From NCBI GenBank assembly GCA_036507895.1, contig DATCIG010000008.1, positions 6,189-70,188 of the forward strand: DNA of 64,000 nt, in the 5' to 3' direction. Positions 34,112 to 43,845 of the stretch are shown piece by piece. The DNA is from Coriobacteriia bacterium. Its GTDB lineage: Bacteria; Actinomycetota; Coriobacteriia; Anaerosomatales; PALSA-660. A program made the position numbers and the translations under genes. The notes below the pieces were generated by a model. The model was given only the letters and a program-made list of their open reading frames with translations, searched no databases and was not told where the DNA came from. Position 1 is the first letter of the stretch; each line of letters starts with the position of its first letter.

Positions 34112-35445
34112 AGGGACGCCACCTCCAGAACGAAAGCATCCATCTGCGCCTTGGTGCGCTTCTCGGTCACCGCGAACAGTACGAGGCCATCCAACCCGGG
34201 GTCGATCGTTCCGAGGTCGACACCCGCAAGGTATCCGCACTCCACCATCCGTGCGTGCATGGCGGCCACATCACCCGTGTAGCGCAGCGCGAACTCGTAA
34301 GCGAACGGCGCCGACCATGGCGCCTCGAACAGTCCCGTAGCCAGCAGGGCCTCGCGCAGATAGTGCGCTTTCGACACACAGGCGCGACCGACATCCTCCA
34401 AACCGGAGGTTCCGACCGCGGAAAGATAGACCGCGGCCGCAAGCGCGTTGAGGGCGTGGTTCGAGCAGATGTTGCTCGTCGCCTTCTCGCGGCGGATGTG
34501 CTGCTCTCGGGTCTGCATCGTGAGCACGAAGGCGGGTGTTCCGTCGACATCGACGGTGCGACCGACGATCCGCCCGGGCAGCTGACGCAGATGCGCCTGC
34601 CGGCAGGCGAAGAACCCCAACCCAGGGCCGCCGTAGGACATCGTATTGCCGAGCGGCTGACCCTCACCGACGACGATATCGGCGCCCGCGACCGACGGAG
34701 GTTCGAGGACTCCCGCCAGGATGGGATTGACGGCGACAACGAGCAGCGCACCTGCGGCGTGGGCGACCTCGCCGAGGGTCGCCACATCCTCGAGATGGCC
34801 GAGGAAGTTCGGCGATGCGACAAGGACGGCCGCGGTCGAATCGTCCACCAGCAGCGCGAGAGTGGCCGGAGCGGTCAGCCCGTCCTCGACGGGACACGTA
34901 ACGACCTCGATGTTGCCCGACGCGGCATAGGTGTTCAGAACCACACGCCATTCGGGATGCACCGCGCCCGCCACGACGACCTTGTGCCGCCTCGTCACGC
35001 GCGAGGCCATAAGACCGGCTTCGACGAACGCGGTCGCACCGTCATACATCGATGCGTTGGCGACATCCATGCCGGTGAGTTCGCAGATCATCGTCTGGAA
35101 CTCGTAGATGTTCTGGAGCGTGCCCTGGCTGACCTCGGGCTGATAGGGCGTATATGCGGTGAAGAACTCGGGACGGCGCACCACATGGTCCACGACCGCG
35201 GGGATGTAGTGGTCGTAGCAGCCGGCGCCCGCGAACGAGACCATGCTACCGGCGGGGACGTTCGCATCGGCGAGCGCACGCAGCTCGGAAGCCGCCTGCA
35301 TCTCGCTCAGCCCGTCGGGCAACGCCAACGGGCGCTGGAGCCGGACGGCCTCGGGCACGGAGTCGAACAGCTCGTCGATCGTCGCTACACCGACCGCACT
35401 CAGCATCGCTTCGCGATGCTCGCAACTCACAGGTGAGAATCGCAC
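34108..35445 (-). CDS. gcvPA: Glycine dehydrogenase (decarboxylating) subunit 1
   Basis: ...FAGAGCYDHYIPAVVDH...PEFFTAYTPYQPEVSQGTLQ.IYEFQT... typical of GcvPA. Confidence 0.9.
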   Translation of the reverse strand: MRFSPVSCEHREAMLSAVGVATIDELFDSVPEAVRLQRPLALPDGLSEMQAASELRALADANVPAGSMVSFAGAGCYDHYIPAVVDHVVRRPEFFTAYTPYQPEVSQGTLQNIYEFQTMICELTGMDVANASMYDGATAFVEAGLMASRVTRRHKVVVAGAVHPEWRVVLNTYAASGNIEVVTCPVEDGLTAPATLALLVDDSTAAVLVASPNFLGHLEDVATLGEVAHAAGALLVVAVNPILAGVLEPPSVAGADIVVGEGQPLGNTMSYGGPGLGFFACRQAHLRQLPGRIVGRTVDVDGTPAFVLTMQTREQHIRREKATSNICSNHALNALAAAVYLSAVGTSGLEDVGRACVSKAHYLREALLATGLFEAPWSAPFAYEFALRYTGDVAAMHARMVECGYLAGVDLGTIDPGLDGLVLFAVTEKRTKAQMDAFVLEVASL

Positions 35446-35451
35446 AGCGGC

Positions 35452-35835
35452 CTACGCCTCGTTCGCGACGAAGGACTCGTACTCATCGGCGCTCATCAGG
35501 CTCTCGAGCTGACCGGCATCAGAGAGGGTCAACTTGACCATCCAGCCGGCGCCGTAGGGGTCGCTGTTGATGGACTCGGGCGAGGTGCCGAGCTCGTCGT
35601 TGATCTCAAGGATCGTGCCGGATAGCGGGGCGAACAGCTCCGATACCGACTTGACGGACTCGATCTCGCCAAAGGTCTCTCCTGCAGCGAGTTCGTCACC
35701 GACGGAAGGCAGGTCGACGTAGACGACCTCGCCGAGCTGGTCCTGGGCAAAGTCAGAGATACCGATCGTGGCCGTGTCGCCCTCGACACGCACCCACTCG
35801 TGCTCCTTGTCGTAACGCAGATCTGCCGGATTCAC
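35452..35835 (-). CDS. gcvH: Glycine cleavage system protein H
   Basis: LRYDKEHEWV and lipoyl-lysine motif EIESVKSVSEL. The start is probably GTG 35835 (VNPADLRY...); the ORF track extends to 35889. Confidence 0.9.
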   Translation of the reverse strand: MNPADLRYDKEHEWVRVEGDTATIGISDFAQDQLGEVVYVDLPSVGDELAAGETFGEIESVKSVSELFAPLSGTILEINDELGTSPESINSDPYGAGWMVKLTLSDAGQLESLMSADEYESFVANEA

Positions 35836-35898
35836 TGCTGGTACGCTCCCTTCGAATGGGCTGGTCTCCGCTTGCGCGGGTTCGATCACGCTCGACGG

Positions 35899-36993
35899 TC
35901 AGGCCGAAAGCGAAGTCGCCGTCACGAACGGCGGACGGGTCACAACGGCCGAGACGGTCTTGCGACGGACAACGATCTCAAGGCACGTCCCCGGCTCCGC
36001 GAGCGCAGACGGTATGTACGCCGTCGCGATGCCGTGCTCAAGGGTCGGAGAGAAGGTGCCGCTTGCAACAGTACCGACCTCTACACCTTCGTGCAACACA
36101 GGGTAACCGTGTCTCGGGACTCCCTCGGACACGGTGAGCCCGACGAGCCGACGCTCGGGGCCGGCTTCCTTGATCTTGGCGAGCACGTCGCTACCGATGA
36201 ATTCGCCCTTCTTGAGGGACACGACCCATGAAAGACCGGCGCTGATCGGGTCGATGGATCGATCCATGTCGGTCCCGTGCAGCGGGTAGCCCATCTCGAG
36301 ACGCAGGGTGTCACGCGCGCCGAGCCCGCACGGAGCGATCTCGGGGTAGCTCAGCAGGAGCTTCCAGACAGCGGGAGCATCGGAAGTGGCACAGAGGATC
36401 TCGACGCCGTCCTCCCCCGTATAGCCGGTGCGTGCGAGCAGCACGGGGATCGATCCGTCGAGCCGCGCCTCGGCGATACGGAATCGCGCCGGGGGCTCCT
36501 CACCCGTGAGCTCGGTGATGATGCGCACCGCCTCCGGACCCTGGAACGCGATGAGTCCGGTCCGGTCCGACTCGTCGACGAACTCGACCTCCTCCGGAAG
36601 GTGCGCGGCGATCCAAGCCGCGTCGACCGCCCGGTTGGAGGCGTTGGCGATGATCAGGTACTCGAGGTCACCGGTGTGGTAGACGATCAGGTCGTCGATG
36701 ATCCCGCCGGTCTCATCGCACATGACGGTGTAGACGGCCTTGCCCATCTCGTCGATCTTGTGCAGGTCGTTCGAGACGATGCGCTGCAATGCGTCGAACG
36801 CCTCGAACCCGAATACGCGGAATTCCGCCATGTGGCAGACGTCGAAGATGCCGGCGGACGAGCGGACCGCACGATGCTCGTCGATGATCCCTGCGTACTG
36901 CACGGGCATTTCGAATCCTGCGAACGGCACCATGCGCGCACCGAGCGCAAGATGCTCCTCGTACAACGGCGTCCGCGACAATCCCTCAGTCAT
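35899..36993 (-). CDS. gcvT: Aminomethyltransferase (glycine cleavage T protein)
   Basis: RTPLYEEHLALGARMVPFAGFEMPVQY... typical of GcvT. Start ATG 36993 preferred; 37011 and 37017 are possible. Confidence 0.9.
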   Translation of the reverse strand: MTEGLSRTPLYEEHLALGARMVPFAGFEMPVQYAGIIDEHRAVRSSAGIFDVCHMAEFRVFGFEAFDALQRIVSNDLHKIDEMGKAVYTVMCDETGGIIDDLIVYHTGDLEYLIIANASNRAVDAAWIAAHLPEEVEFVDESDRTGLIAFQGPEAVRIITELTGEEPPARFRIAEARLDGSIPVLLARTGYTGEDGVEILCATSDAPAVWKLLLSYPEIAPCGLGARDTLRLEMGYPLHGTDMDRSIDPISAGLSWVVSLKKGEFIGSDVLAKIKEAGPERRLVGLTVSEGVPRHGYPVLHEGVEVGTVASGTFSPTLEHGIATAYIPSALAEPGTCLEIVVRRKTVSAVVTRPPFVTATSLSA

Positions 36994-37049
36994 CCGCTCA
37001 TCCCTTTCCATCGACACGCATCGATCATTCGCCGGACACGCACGTGATC

Positions 37050-38312
37050 CTACGACCCTCCCAGGGACCGCCAGATCCGCGCGAAGAAGAACATCACACG
37101 CTGCCAGGCGCTCGGCGCCGGCACATCCTGCGACGCGACCAGGGGAACCTGCGCGAGCACATCGGTCCCCTGATACAACGTCATGGTCCCGATAGTGTCA
37201 CCCTTCGTGACCGGTGCCGGGACGTCGGATCTCAACTCCACCCGTCTCTGCACCGGGCCTGCCAGATCGAAGACCGGCATCGACGTGGTCTCTGCGGCCA
37301 CCGCGCCCACGGTCCGCTCGAGATAGTCCGAGACGCGCACCCGACCCAAGGCCTCGCCCGCGGTGGCAACCGTGGTGACACGGTAGTGCGCAAAGCCCCA
37401 ATCCAGAAGCGCCGTGGCCTGCTGCGCCCGCCCGCCCTCACTCGCCGCGCCCATGACCGTACCGATCAGCTCGACGTCGCCGCGCTTGGCCGCGAACACG
37501 ACACAGTAACCCGCGTCATCGGTCCAACCGGTCTTGACCCCCTCGGCCCCCGCATACGTCTTGAGCAAGGAGTTGTGGTTGGTGAGTACGTGTGTGAAGC
37601 GGTCGGAGCGCACTTTGACCGTGTACGTGCCCACGGTCTCCCGGAACAACGGGATGCGCATCGCGTACCGCGCGAGAGCCGTGAGGTCCTCCGCGGACGT
37701 GAAGTGGCCCTTCGCATCCAATCCATGGGGGTTCACGTAGGCGGTGTTGACCAGGTCGAGATCGAGCGCCTTTGCGTTCATCATCTTGACAAAGCCGTCC
37801 ACAGAGCCGCCGACCAGCTCCGCGACGAGCGTGGCCGCGTCGTTCCCGGACTGGACCAGCACGCCCTTGAGCAACTCGCCGACGGCGATCTTCTCACCAG
37901 GGACGAGACCCATCACCGACTCCCCTACCTTCGCCGCCGTACGATCGACGGTCACCGTGGTGGAAAGGTTGGCGCGCTCGAGCACCACCACCGCGGTCAT
38001 GATCTTGGTGGTCGAGGCCATCGCGCGTCGGGAAGCCGGGTCGCGGGCCCACAATTCGCGCCCGTCCATGGTCGTAAGCACCCCGGAGGGCACGTACAGA
38101 TCGGGAGCCTTCGTCCGCAAGGCCGGCGCGTCTTTGACCTGGGCTGCGCCGATATAGTCGGCGTCGAGGACCGCCGCATAGGCAGGAGACGCGAGGGCGA
38201 CCAACATCAGGGCGACGGCGACGGCCGTCACACGAAGCACGCTATGCGGAGCGAGGATCATCCTGGTGGTCATTGCGCCATCCGAGTCGGTACCGGCCGG
38301 ACGCCCCGGCAC
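37050..38312 (-). CDS. D-alanyl-D-alanine carboxypeptidase (S11, PBP5/DacB-like)
   Basis: Signal/TM segment, SxxK (ASTTKIMT), SGN (QSGND), KTG (VKTGWT). The start is uncertain (38312 or ATG 38273). Confidence 0.85.
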   Translation of the reverse strand: MPGRPAGTDSDGAMTTRMILAPHSVLRVTAVAVALMLVALASPAYAAVLDADYIGAAQVKDAPALRTKAPDLYVPSGVLTTMDGRELWARDPASRRAMASTTKIMTAVVVLERANLSTTVTVDRTAAKVGESVMGLVPGEKIAVGELLKGVLVQSGNDAATLVAELVGGSVDGFVKMMNAKALDLDLVNTAYVNPHGLDAKGHFTSAEDLTALARYAMRIPLFRETVGTYTVKVRSDRFTHVLTNHNSLLKTYAGAEGVKTGWTDDAGYCVVFAAKRGDVELIGTVMGAASEGGRAQQATALLDWGFAHYRVTTVATAGEALGRVRVSDYLERTVGAVAAETTSMPVFDLAGPVQRRVELRSDVPAPVTKGDTIGTMTLYQGTDVLAQVPLVASQDVPAPSAWQRVMFFFARIWRSLGGS

Positions 38313-38432
38313 ACACCGGGACGCGAGACAGTATGGTACGACACCCGCGCGTCCGGGGCATGGCGACCCTGCGCGCTTCGCGTATGATTGTGGTGCAGAC
38401 GCGCATCACCGGTCACGGGGGAAGGACCATCG

Positions 38433-39215
38433 GTGGACTACTCACGATTCGAACGTCTCACTATCGGCCTCGGCTCGGTCGCCGTCTTGGCCACCACGGT
38501 CTTCTCCCTGTATCCCACTCCTGATGCGATAGAGCTGGTGGCTCAGCTTCTCCTGCTGGCCGTCCTCGTGGGAGCCGTGCGCTGGGGACGGCGCGGAGGA
38601 ACCTTCACTGCGGTCGCCGCCACCGTGGCGTACATCCTTATGCGCATCGACTACGTCGCGGCAACGAACTTCCCACCCCAGTTCACCCGGCTTCTGCTGA
38701 TCCGCGCGGGAAGCTATGCGCTCGTGGGTATCGGGGTCGGCGAGGCATGCAGCCGTATCAAGTACATGTTCGCGCGCGCCAAAGACGACCTCGCCATCGA
38801 CCCGTCCAGCCGCGTCTACACGGCCGACTTCATGACCCGCCTGCTCCGGACCTCCGTGGCCTCGTACCTACGCTACGGCGCGCCCTTCTCGGTCATCGTG
38901 CTCGACATCGATGCCTCGTTCACTTCGAACCTGAGTCCGGCCAAGGCCGAGGAGGTCGTTCGCACGATCGCAGGACACCTGCGCAGCGAGCTCCGACTGG
39001 TCGATGACGTCGGAAGGCTCCACGACGGCTCGTTCGTGCTCCTGCTACCGCAGACCGGCCGGGCTGCCGCGGAGGGCGCCACTGCGCGGTTGCTCTCCGG
39101 GCTGCGAGACTCCATCGGGATAGCCGACACCGCGGTCCGCGGACAGACGTTCGGGTCCCTCGATGATCTCGCGGAGATCGAAGCCCTCATCGCCGAGTCC
39201 ACGGTCCAGGGATAG
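38433..39215 (+). CDS. Membrane protein with a degenerate GGDEF domain (active site HDGSF, RxxD I-site retained)
   Basis: 3-4 N-terminal TM helices, then ...VIVLDIDASF...RLVDDVGRLHDGSFVLLLPQT..., which aligns by eye to R-x-x-D-x3-R-x-GG(D/E)EF. The FK..ND..GH..GD substrate/metal segment is lost. The start is probably GTG 38433 (the ORF track starts at 38388). Confidence 0.6.
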   Translation: MDYSRFERLTIGLGSVAVLATTVFSLYPTPDAIELVAQLLLLAVLVGAVRWGRRGGTFTAVAATVAYILMRIDYVAATNFPPQFTRLLLIRAGSYALVGIGVGEACSRIKYMFARAKDDLAIDPSSRVYTADFMTRLLRTSVASYLRYGAPFSVIVLDIDASFTSNLSPAKAEEVVRTIAGHLRSELRLVDDVGRLHDGSFVLLLPQTGRAAAEGATARLLSGLRDSIGIADTAVRGQTFGSLDDLAEIEALIAESTVQG

Positions 39216-39227
39216 CGCCACTCCCCC

Positions 39228-39668
39228 CTACGCGGGATCGGGCTCGTATACTTGGCCGGAACGCACCAGCGTGAATCCGTGTTCGATGAGTCGCCCGACG
39301 GCGCGATCGGGATCCTCGACCCGCAGGATGTCGACTGCCGCCGCCCCGCCCGGCCGTGGGAAGCAGTAGAGATACTCCACGTTGACCCCCTGCTCGCCGA
39401 GGTATTCGAGCACCTCTGCCAGGCCGCCCGGCCGATCCGGGACCTCGACGGCAACGACCCGCGTCGTCGCTACCGCGAACCCCGCGGATTCGAGCATCCT
39501 TCGCGCAGAGTGAGGGCGGTCGCAGATGACGCGCGCCACGCCGTACTCCGCTGTATCAGCCACGACGAGCGCGTGCATATCGAAGCCACCGTCACCGAGC
39601 AGGCGGCACATCTGCGCGAGACGACCCTTCTCGTTCTGCAGGAACACCGAAAGCTGCTCGATCAACAT
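39228..39668 (-). CDS. Tandem ACT-domain protein, copy 2
   Basis: MLIEQLSVFLQNEKGRLAQMCRLLGDGGFDMHAL... and a second repeat VVAVEVPDRPGGLAEVLEYLGEQGVNVEY. Paralogue of 23199-23618. Confidence 0.75.
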   Translation of the reverse strand: MLIEQLSVFLQNEKGRLAQMCRLLGDGGFDMHALVVADTAEYGVARVICDRPHSARRMLESAGFAVATTRVVAVEVPDRPGGLAEVLEYLGEQGVNVEYLYCFPRPGGAAAVDILRVEDPDRAVGRLIEHGFTLVRSGQVYEPDPA

Positions 39669-39675
39669 GGCTGCC

Positions 39676-40977
39676 TCACGCTTCCTTGTTCCGCAGGTCG
39701 ACGACCCGCTTGGCCTTGCCCTCGCTGCGCTGGATGGCGCGAGGCTCGACGAGACGCACGTCAACGCTCACGGCAAGCGCACCCGCGATCGCTCCCGCCA
39801 CGCGGCGCTTCAACGCCTCGAGTTCCCTGATCTCGTCGAACTCCAGATCGGGGCTGACCTCGACCTGCACCTCGACGGTGTCCATCGAGCCGCGCTTGTC
39901 CAACACGATCTGGTAATGCGGCGCCACGCCTGGGATCCCGATCAAGACCTGCTCGATCTGGCTGGGATACACGTTGACGCCCCGGATGATGAGCATGTCG
40001 TCGGTGCGGCCGGTGACGCGCTGCATACGGCGGAAGGTGCGCCCGCATTCGCACTCCCCCACCAGGATGCGGCTGACGTCGCGCGTCCGGTACCGGATGA
40101 CCGGGATACCCTCCTTGGTGAGGGTGGTGAACACGACCTCACCCTGCTCGCCGTCGGGAACCGGCTGGAGCGTCTCGGGGTCGATGATCTCGATGATGAA
40201 ATGGTCCTCGAACACATGCAGCCCGTTCTGATGCACGCACTCCGACGCGACCCCGGGTCCCATGACCTCCGACAGCCCGTAGATGTCTATGGCACGTATG
40301 CCCATGACCTCTTCGATCTGCCGGCGCATCTCCTCGCTCCACGGCTCGGCGCCGAACACGCCGAGCCGCAGCGGAAGCGAGCGGACGTCGATACCCATCG
40401 AGGCCGCGGTCTCGGCGATCAGCAGCGCGTAACTCGGCGTGCACGCAAGCACGGTGACCCCGAAATCCTTGAGGATCTGCACCTGGCGAGCGGTGTTGCC
40501 CCCGGATACCGGGATCGTCATGGCGCCGAGACGCTCCGACCCGTAGTGGGCGCCGAGGCCACCGGTAAAGAGCCCGTAGCCGTAGGTGACCTGCACGATG
40601 TCGTCGGCCGAAGCTCCCCCGCAAACGAGCGTGCGGGCCATCAGATCGCTCCAGCGCTCGACATCTCCACGGGTGTAGCCGACCACCGACACCTGGCCGG
40701 TGGTTCCCGACGAGGAATGGACGCGGACGATGTCGCGCTGCGGCACCGCGAACATGTCGAAGGGATATGCCTCGCGGAGGTCGTTCTTGACCGTGAAGGG
40801 CACGCGAGTCAGATCGGCGAGGGTCTCGAGCTGCTCGGGACGGAAGCCGGCCTCGTCGAACTTGCGGCGATAGAGCGGGACGTTGACGTAGACGCGCGCC
40901 AGTTGCGTGCGCAACCTGGCCAGCTGGAGGCGCTCGAGCGCCTCGCGCGACATGGTCTCGAGCTCAGGCTGGAACAT
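39676..40977 (-). CDS. paaK: Phenylacetate-CoA ligase family (PaaK-like), copy 2
   Basis: [36 protein letters not shown]. About half the residues are identical to copy 1 by eye. ATG 40977 behind GAGGGGAG. Confidence 0.85.
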   Translation of the reverse strand: MFQPELETMSREALERLQLARLRTQLARVYVNVPLYRRKFDEAGFRPEQLETLADLTRVPFTVKNDLREAYPFDMFAVPQRDIVRVHSSSGTTGQVSVVGYTRGDVERWSDLMARTLVCGGASADDIVQVTYGYGLFTGGLGAHYGSERLGAMTIPVSGGNTARQVQILKDFGVTVLACTPSYALLIAETAASMGIDVRSLPLRLGVFGAEPWSEEMRRQIEEVMGIRAIDIYGLSEVMGPGVASECVHQNGLHVFEDHFIIEIIDPETLQPVPDGEQGEVVFTTLTKEGIPVIRYRTRDVSRILVGECECGRTFRRMQRVTGRTDDMLIIRGVNVYPSQIEQVLIGIPGVAPHYQIVLDKRGSMDTVEVQVEVSPDLEFDEIRELEALKRRVAGAIAGALAVSVDVRLVEPRAIQRSEGKAKRVVDLRNKEA

Positions 40978-41046
40978 CGAACTCCCCTCGGATGCGCCCC
41001 ACAAGCGGCCATCGCCGCACGGTGGCCGGCGACAGGACCCTCGGCC

Positions 41047-43128
41047 CTACGGCGTGACCGTTGCTGTCGCCGGAGTACTCGACGGCTTCGTCCCCACGCG
41101 GACGACCTCGTCCTTGGGCTTGTATGTTGACACGAATGTGTCGGTCCGCACCACGGTCGTCCCCTTGGAAACGGTGCGAACGACGGTGATACGCCGACCC
41201 GTGATCCCGGCATCCTCGACTACCCGGGCACCCTTCGCCAGCTTCGGGTCCTTGGTCTCGACGACCTTGAACGGGACCGGATTGGTGAACGCTCCGGTGG
41301 CGTAGGTGACCGTGTATCCGGGGTTCGTGCCGTACAACGAGACCGTCAGCGACGTGTTGGTGAACGCCGTGCGGATCAATATCCAGCCGGCGGTGTCATT
41401 CTTGAACTTGAGATCGGGACCGCCCCACGAGACCGTGGCGTCGCGCCCCTTGGGGTAGTGCGAGATGTAGAACGAATGGTTCCTACGCTCGACAACGGGA
41501 AGCCCCGCGAAGAAGACGGTGTTGAAGAAAGTGGTCCCGACCTGGCACACGCCGCCACCGAGCTGCGGGACGAGCTTGCCGTTGACGATGGCGGGCGCCT
41601 CCTGGTACCCCTTGGCGGCCGTGCGCTCCCCTGCCGTCGCGTTGAAGCTGAAGATGCCACCTGGCGGGATGAGCTTGTAGTCGAGGGCACTCGCGAGCAG
41701 ATGCACGTTGTCCACGCGCGCCTTGTTCGACGAGGAGTAGGTCGTCGTGAACGTGCTGATCCGATCCGAGACGCCCATGGCGCGAGCGGCCTCGGTCGTC
41801 AGCTTCGGCTGCGTCTCGCTGAGCCGCAACGTTGCCTCACGCGGACCGGTTCCGACGCACGCACGCGCCAGATCGGTTGCGAGACCGGCCAGGTCGGGGC
41901 CGTTCCCGACCTGGGAGGGAGTGATCTTGACGCTGCCATCCGTCGCGACGAATGCCGCGTCGCGCGCGGGCCGACCGATGCCGGCGGTCATCGTCGCTAT
42001 CGCCTGACCGAGACGCGAGGGCTCAAAGCCGGCGACCAGCGCCATCCGCTCATACGCGCCGCTTGCAGTCGTCTCCGCGGACGCCGTCGCCAGAGACGAC
42101 AACTCCATCGCAGGGGCCACGACCGGCACGCGCAAGAACATGACCGACCCAGCCACCTGCTCCCGGGAGAGCGTCGTCGACTTGCCTTCGAACGCGATAC
42201 GAACCGGACCGGACATCAGTTGCTGCGCATCGGTCAGCGCCTGCCGCGCATCGGCGTCGACCACGGTGGCCGGCATCGGCCTGGCCACGACCACACCCGT
42301 GCGCTCGCGGGTCACGAAGGCGGTGTTGATGGCTGCCAGGGTCTTGTCGCGATCCAGACTGCGACCAGCCTTCGCCGGGATCAGCCGTGGAGATGTCCCC
42401 TCGACCGTGATCGAGGCATCCTGCGCGGCGATCGCGACTTTCGACGCTATCTTGTTGAGCAGCGGAGCAGCCTTGTCGGCATCGCCGATGACAAGCATGG
42501 GAACGCTCGTACCGCCGAAGAGCGCCGAGACCCGCTGGCCGACCATGGACAGCACACCACCTGTCCGACCCACGGCCATCGCCGCGGTGATGCTGGCAGT
42601 GGTGTCGACGCGAGCGCCGATCTGGGCGCCGGTGACCTTCCAGCGCTCTTCGCCGAATACGACCGCCACCGGCGCCTTCGACCCGTTCTCAAAGGCGGCA
42701 GAGAGGGCATCACGCGCCGCCTGAGGCGTCATTGAGCCGACCGAGACATCACCCACGGCGACGCCAGGGTGCACCTTGCCCTGCGTGGCGGCGACGTCCA
42801 CCGCTGACGCCAGGATGAGCACACCGAGCACCGCAGCGAAGCAGATCGCGACAAACCGGGCGCGGGTGCCGGTGGTCGACGCCCCGACGTGGTGCCGAGC
42901 CGACGAACGATCACTCCTCGAGATGCGCGGCGGCTCGGACGCGTCAAGCGTCACGGCCGGATCAGGCGTCGCGGGCGTATCGGGCACCGCGGGCGTATCA
43001 GGCGTATCAGGCGTTTCGAGTGCTTCAGGTACTTCGGGTATGGACACCGCTACCGCTTTCGCAGGGAAGTTCGGGTGAAGGCGTCCAGCATACATGACGA
43101 GGCGCCCGCCCGCGCGGACGCGCGGCAA
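41047..43128 (-). CDS. VanW-domain protein with C-terminal G5 domain and an N-terminal Pro/Thr/Asp-rich repeat (YoaR-like cell-wall protein)
   Basis: VanW core (...GGGVCQVGTTFFNTVFFAGLPVVERRNHSFYISHYPKGRDATV...) and a G5-like end (...ITGRRITVVRTVSKGTTVVRTDTFVSTYKPKDEVVRVGTKP). One TM helix after the PDTPDTPAVPDTPATPDP repeat. The start is uncertain. Confidence 0.8.
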   Translation of the reverse strand: MPRVRAGGRLVMYAGRLHPNFPAKAVAVSIPEVPEALETPDTPDTPAVPDTPATPDPAVTLDASEPPRISRSDRSSARHHVGASTTGTRARFVAICFAAVLGVLILASAVDVAATQGKVHPGVAVGDVSVGSMTPQAARDALSAAFENGSKAPVAVVFGEERWKVTGAQIGARVDTTASITAAMAVGRTGGVLSMVGQRVSALFGGTSVPMLVIGDADKAAPLLNKIASKVAIAAQDASITVEGTSPRLIPAKAGRSLDRDKTLAAINTAFVTRERTGVVVARPMPATVVDADARQALTDAQQLMSGPVRIAFEGKSTTLSREQVAGSVMFLRVPVVAPAMELSSLATASAETTASGAYERMALVAGFEPSRLGQAIATMTAGIGRPARDAAFVATDGSVKITPSQVGNGPDLAGLATDLARACVGTGPREATLRLSETQPKLTTEAARAMGVSDRISTFTTTYSSSNKARVDNVHLLASALDYKLIPPGGIFSFNATAGERTAAKGYQEAPAIVNGKLVPQLGGGVCQVGTTFFNTVFFAGLPVVERRNHSFYISHYPKGRDATVSWGGPDLKFKNDTAGWILIRTAFTNTSLTVSLYGTNPGYTVTYATGAFTNPVPFKVVETKDPKLAKGARVVEDAGITGRRITVVRTVSKGTTVVRTDTFVSTYKPKDEVVRVGTKPSSTPATATVTP

Positions 43129-43143
43129 CGAAGGGGTGACGGT

Positions 43144-43845
43144 TCAGTCGTGGTGTGCCGCTTTCACGGCGTGATCCCTCAGCGCCTCGCGATAGGCCCG
43201 CCGGGCCACGAACGTGTACTGCACCGCCGCGGTCAGAGACATCGCGACTCCCACGTACACGATATAGGACCCCAACGCCCGCGGACCACCCAGCGAGAGA
43301 CGCACGAAGCCAAGATCGATGGTCCCAAGTATCGGCACGTCGACCTGCGGGAAGTTCCAGATCAAAGACGCGAATCCCGTGAGCAGGACAGCGGTGGTCG
43401 CCTTGCCGAGCATGGTGACCGGCACTCGTCGCCCATGGCGCTCGAGCACCCAGGCGCCGTAGAGGAGGTACACATCGCGACCGATGAGCACCAGAACGAG
43501 CGCGGCACTGACCCGGCCGACGGACAGGAGGCCGAGAAGCGCGCTGGCGATGAGCAGCCGGTCGACGAGCGGGTCGATGATCTTGCCGATGACCGTGACG
43601 TGGCCGGTCCGTCGCGCGATCAGCCCATCGAGCCAATCGGTGCCGGCGGAGACGGTGAACAGCCCGAAGGCCGCATAGTTCGGACCGGAGTGTGGGGCCT
43701 CGTAGACGAGGAACCACCAGAAGAACGGGATGAGGACGAGCCGAAGCACGGTGATGATGTTCGGGATCGAAAAGACATCCTGCGAGTGATCCACGGGCAG
43801 GTTCTGCACCTGCGTGGGATCACGGCGCGAGGTCGCGTCTACCAC
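43144..43845 (-). CDS. pgsA: CDP-diacylglycerol--glycerol-3-phosphate 3-phosphatidyltransferase (CDP-alcohol phosphatidyltransferase family)
   Basis: Motif D-x2-DG-x2-AR-x8-G-x3-D-x3-D (TDWLDGLIARRTGHVTVIGKIIDPLVDR). The likely GTG start at 43845, behind GAGGAGGGG, overlaps the corA stop by 7 nt. Confidence 0.8.
   Translation of the reverse strand: MVDATSRRDPTQVQNLPVDHSQDVFSIPNIITVLRLVLIPFFWWFLVYEAPHSGPNYAAFGLFTVSAGTDWLDGLIARRTGHVTVIGKIIDPLVDRLLIASALLGLLSVGRVSAALVLVLIGRDVYLLYGAWVLERHGRRVPVTMLGKATTAVLLTGFASLIWNFPQVDVPILGTIDLGFVRLSLGGPRALGSYIVYVGVAMSLTAAVQYTFVARRAYREALRDHAVKAAHHD

Noticed and set aside
37018-37049. Expected a glycine riboswitch upstream of gcvT.
   Set aside because: Only about 30-55 nt separate gcvT from the upstream DD-carboxypeptidase gene. 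That leaves no room for the roughly 100-200-nt aptamer(s), and I saw no conserved glycine-riboswitch core.
42950-43045. Short tandem nucleotide repeats (GGCGTATC(A/G)GG-like units).
   Set aside because: They are in frame within the VanW gene and encode its Pro/Thr/Asp-rich N-terminal linker (PDTPDTPAVPDTPATPDP). This is low-complexity coding sequence, not a CRISPR array or regulatory repeat.
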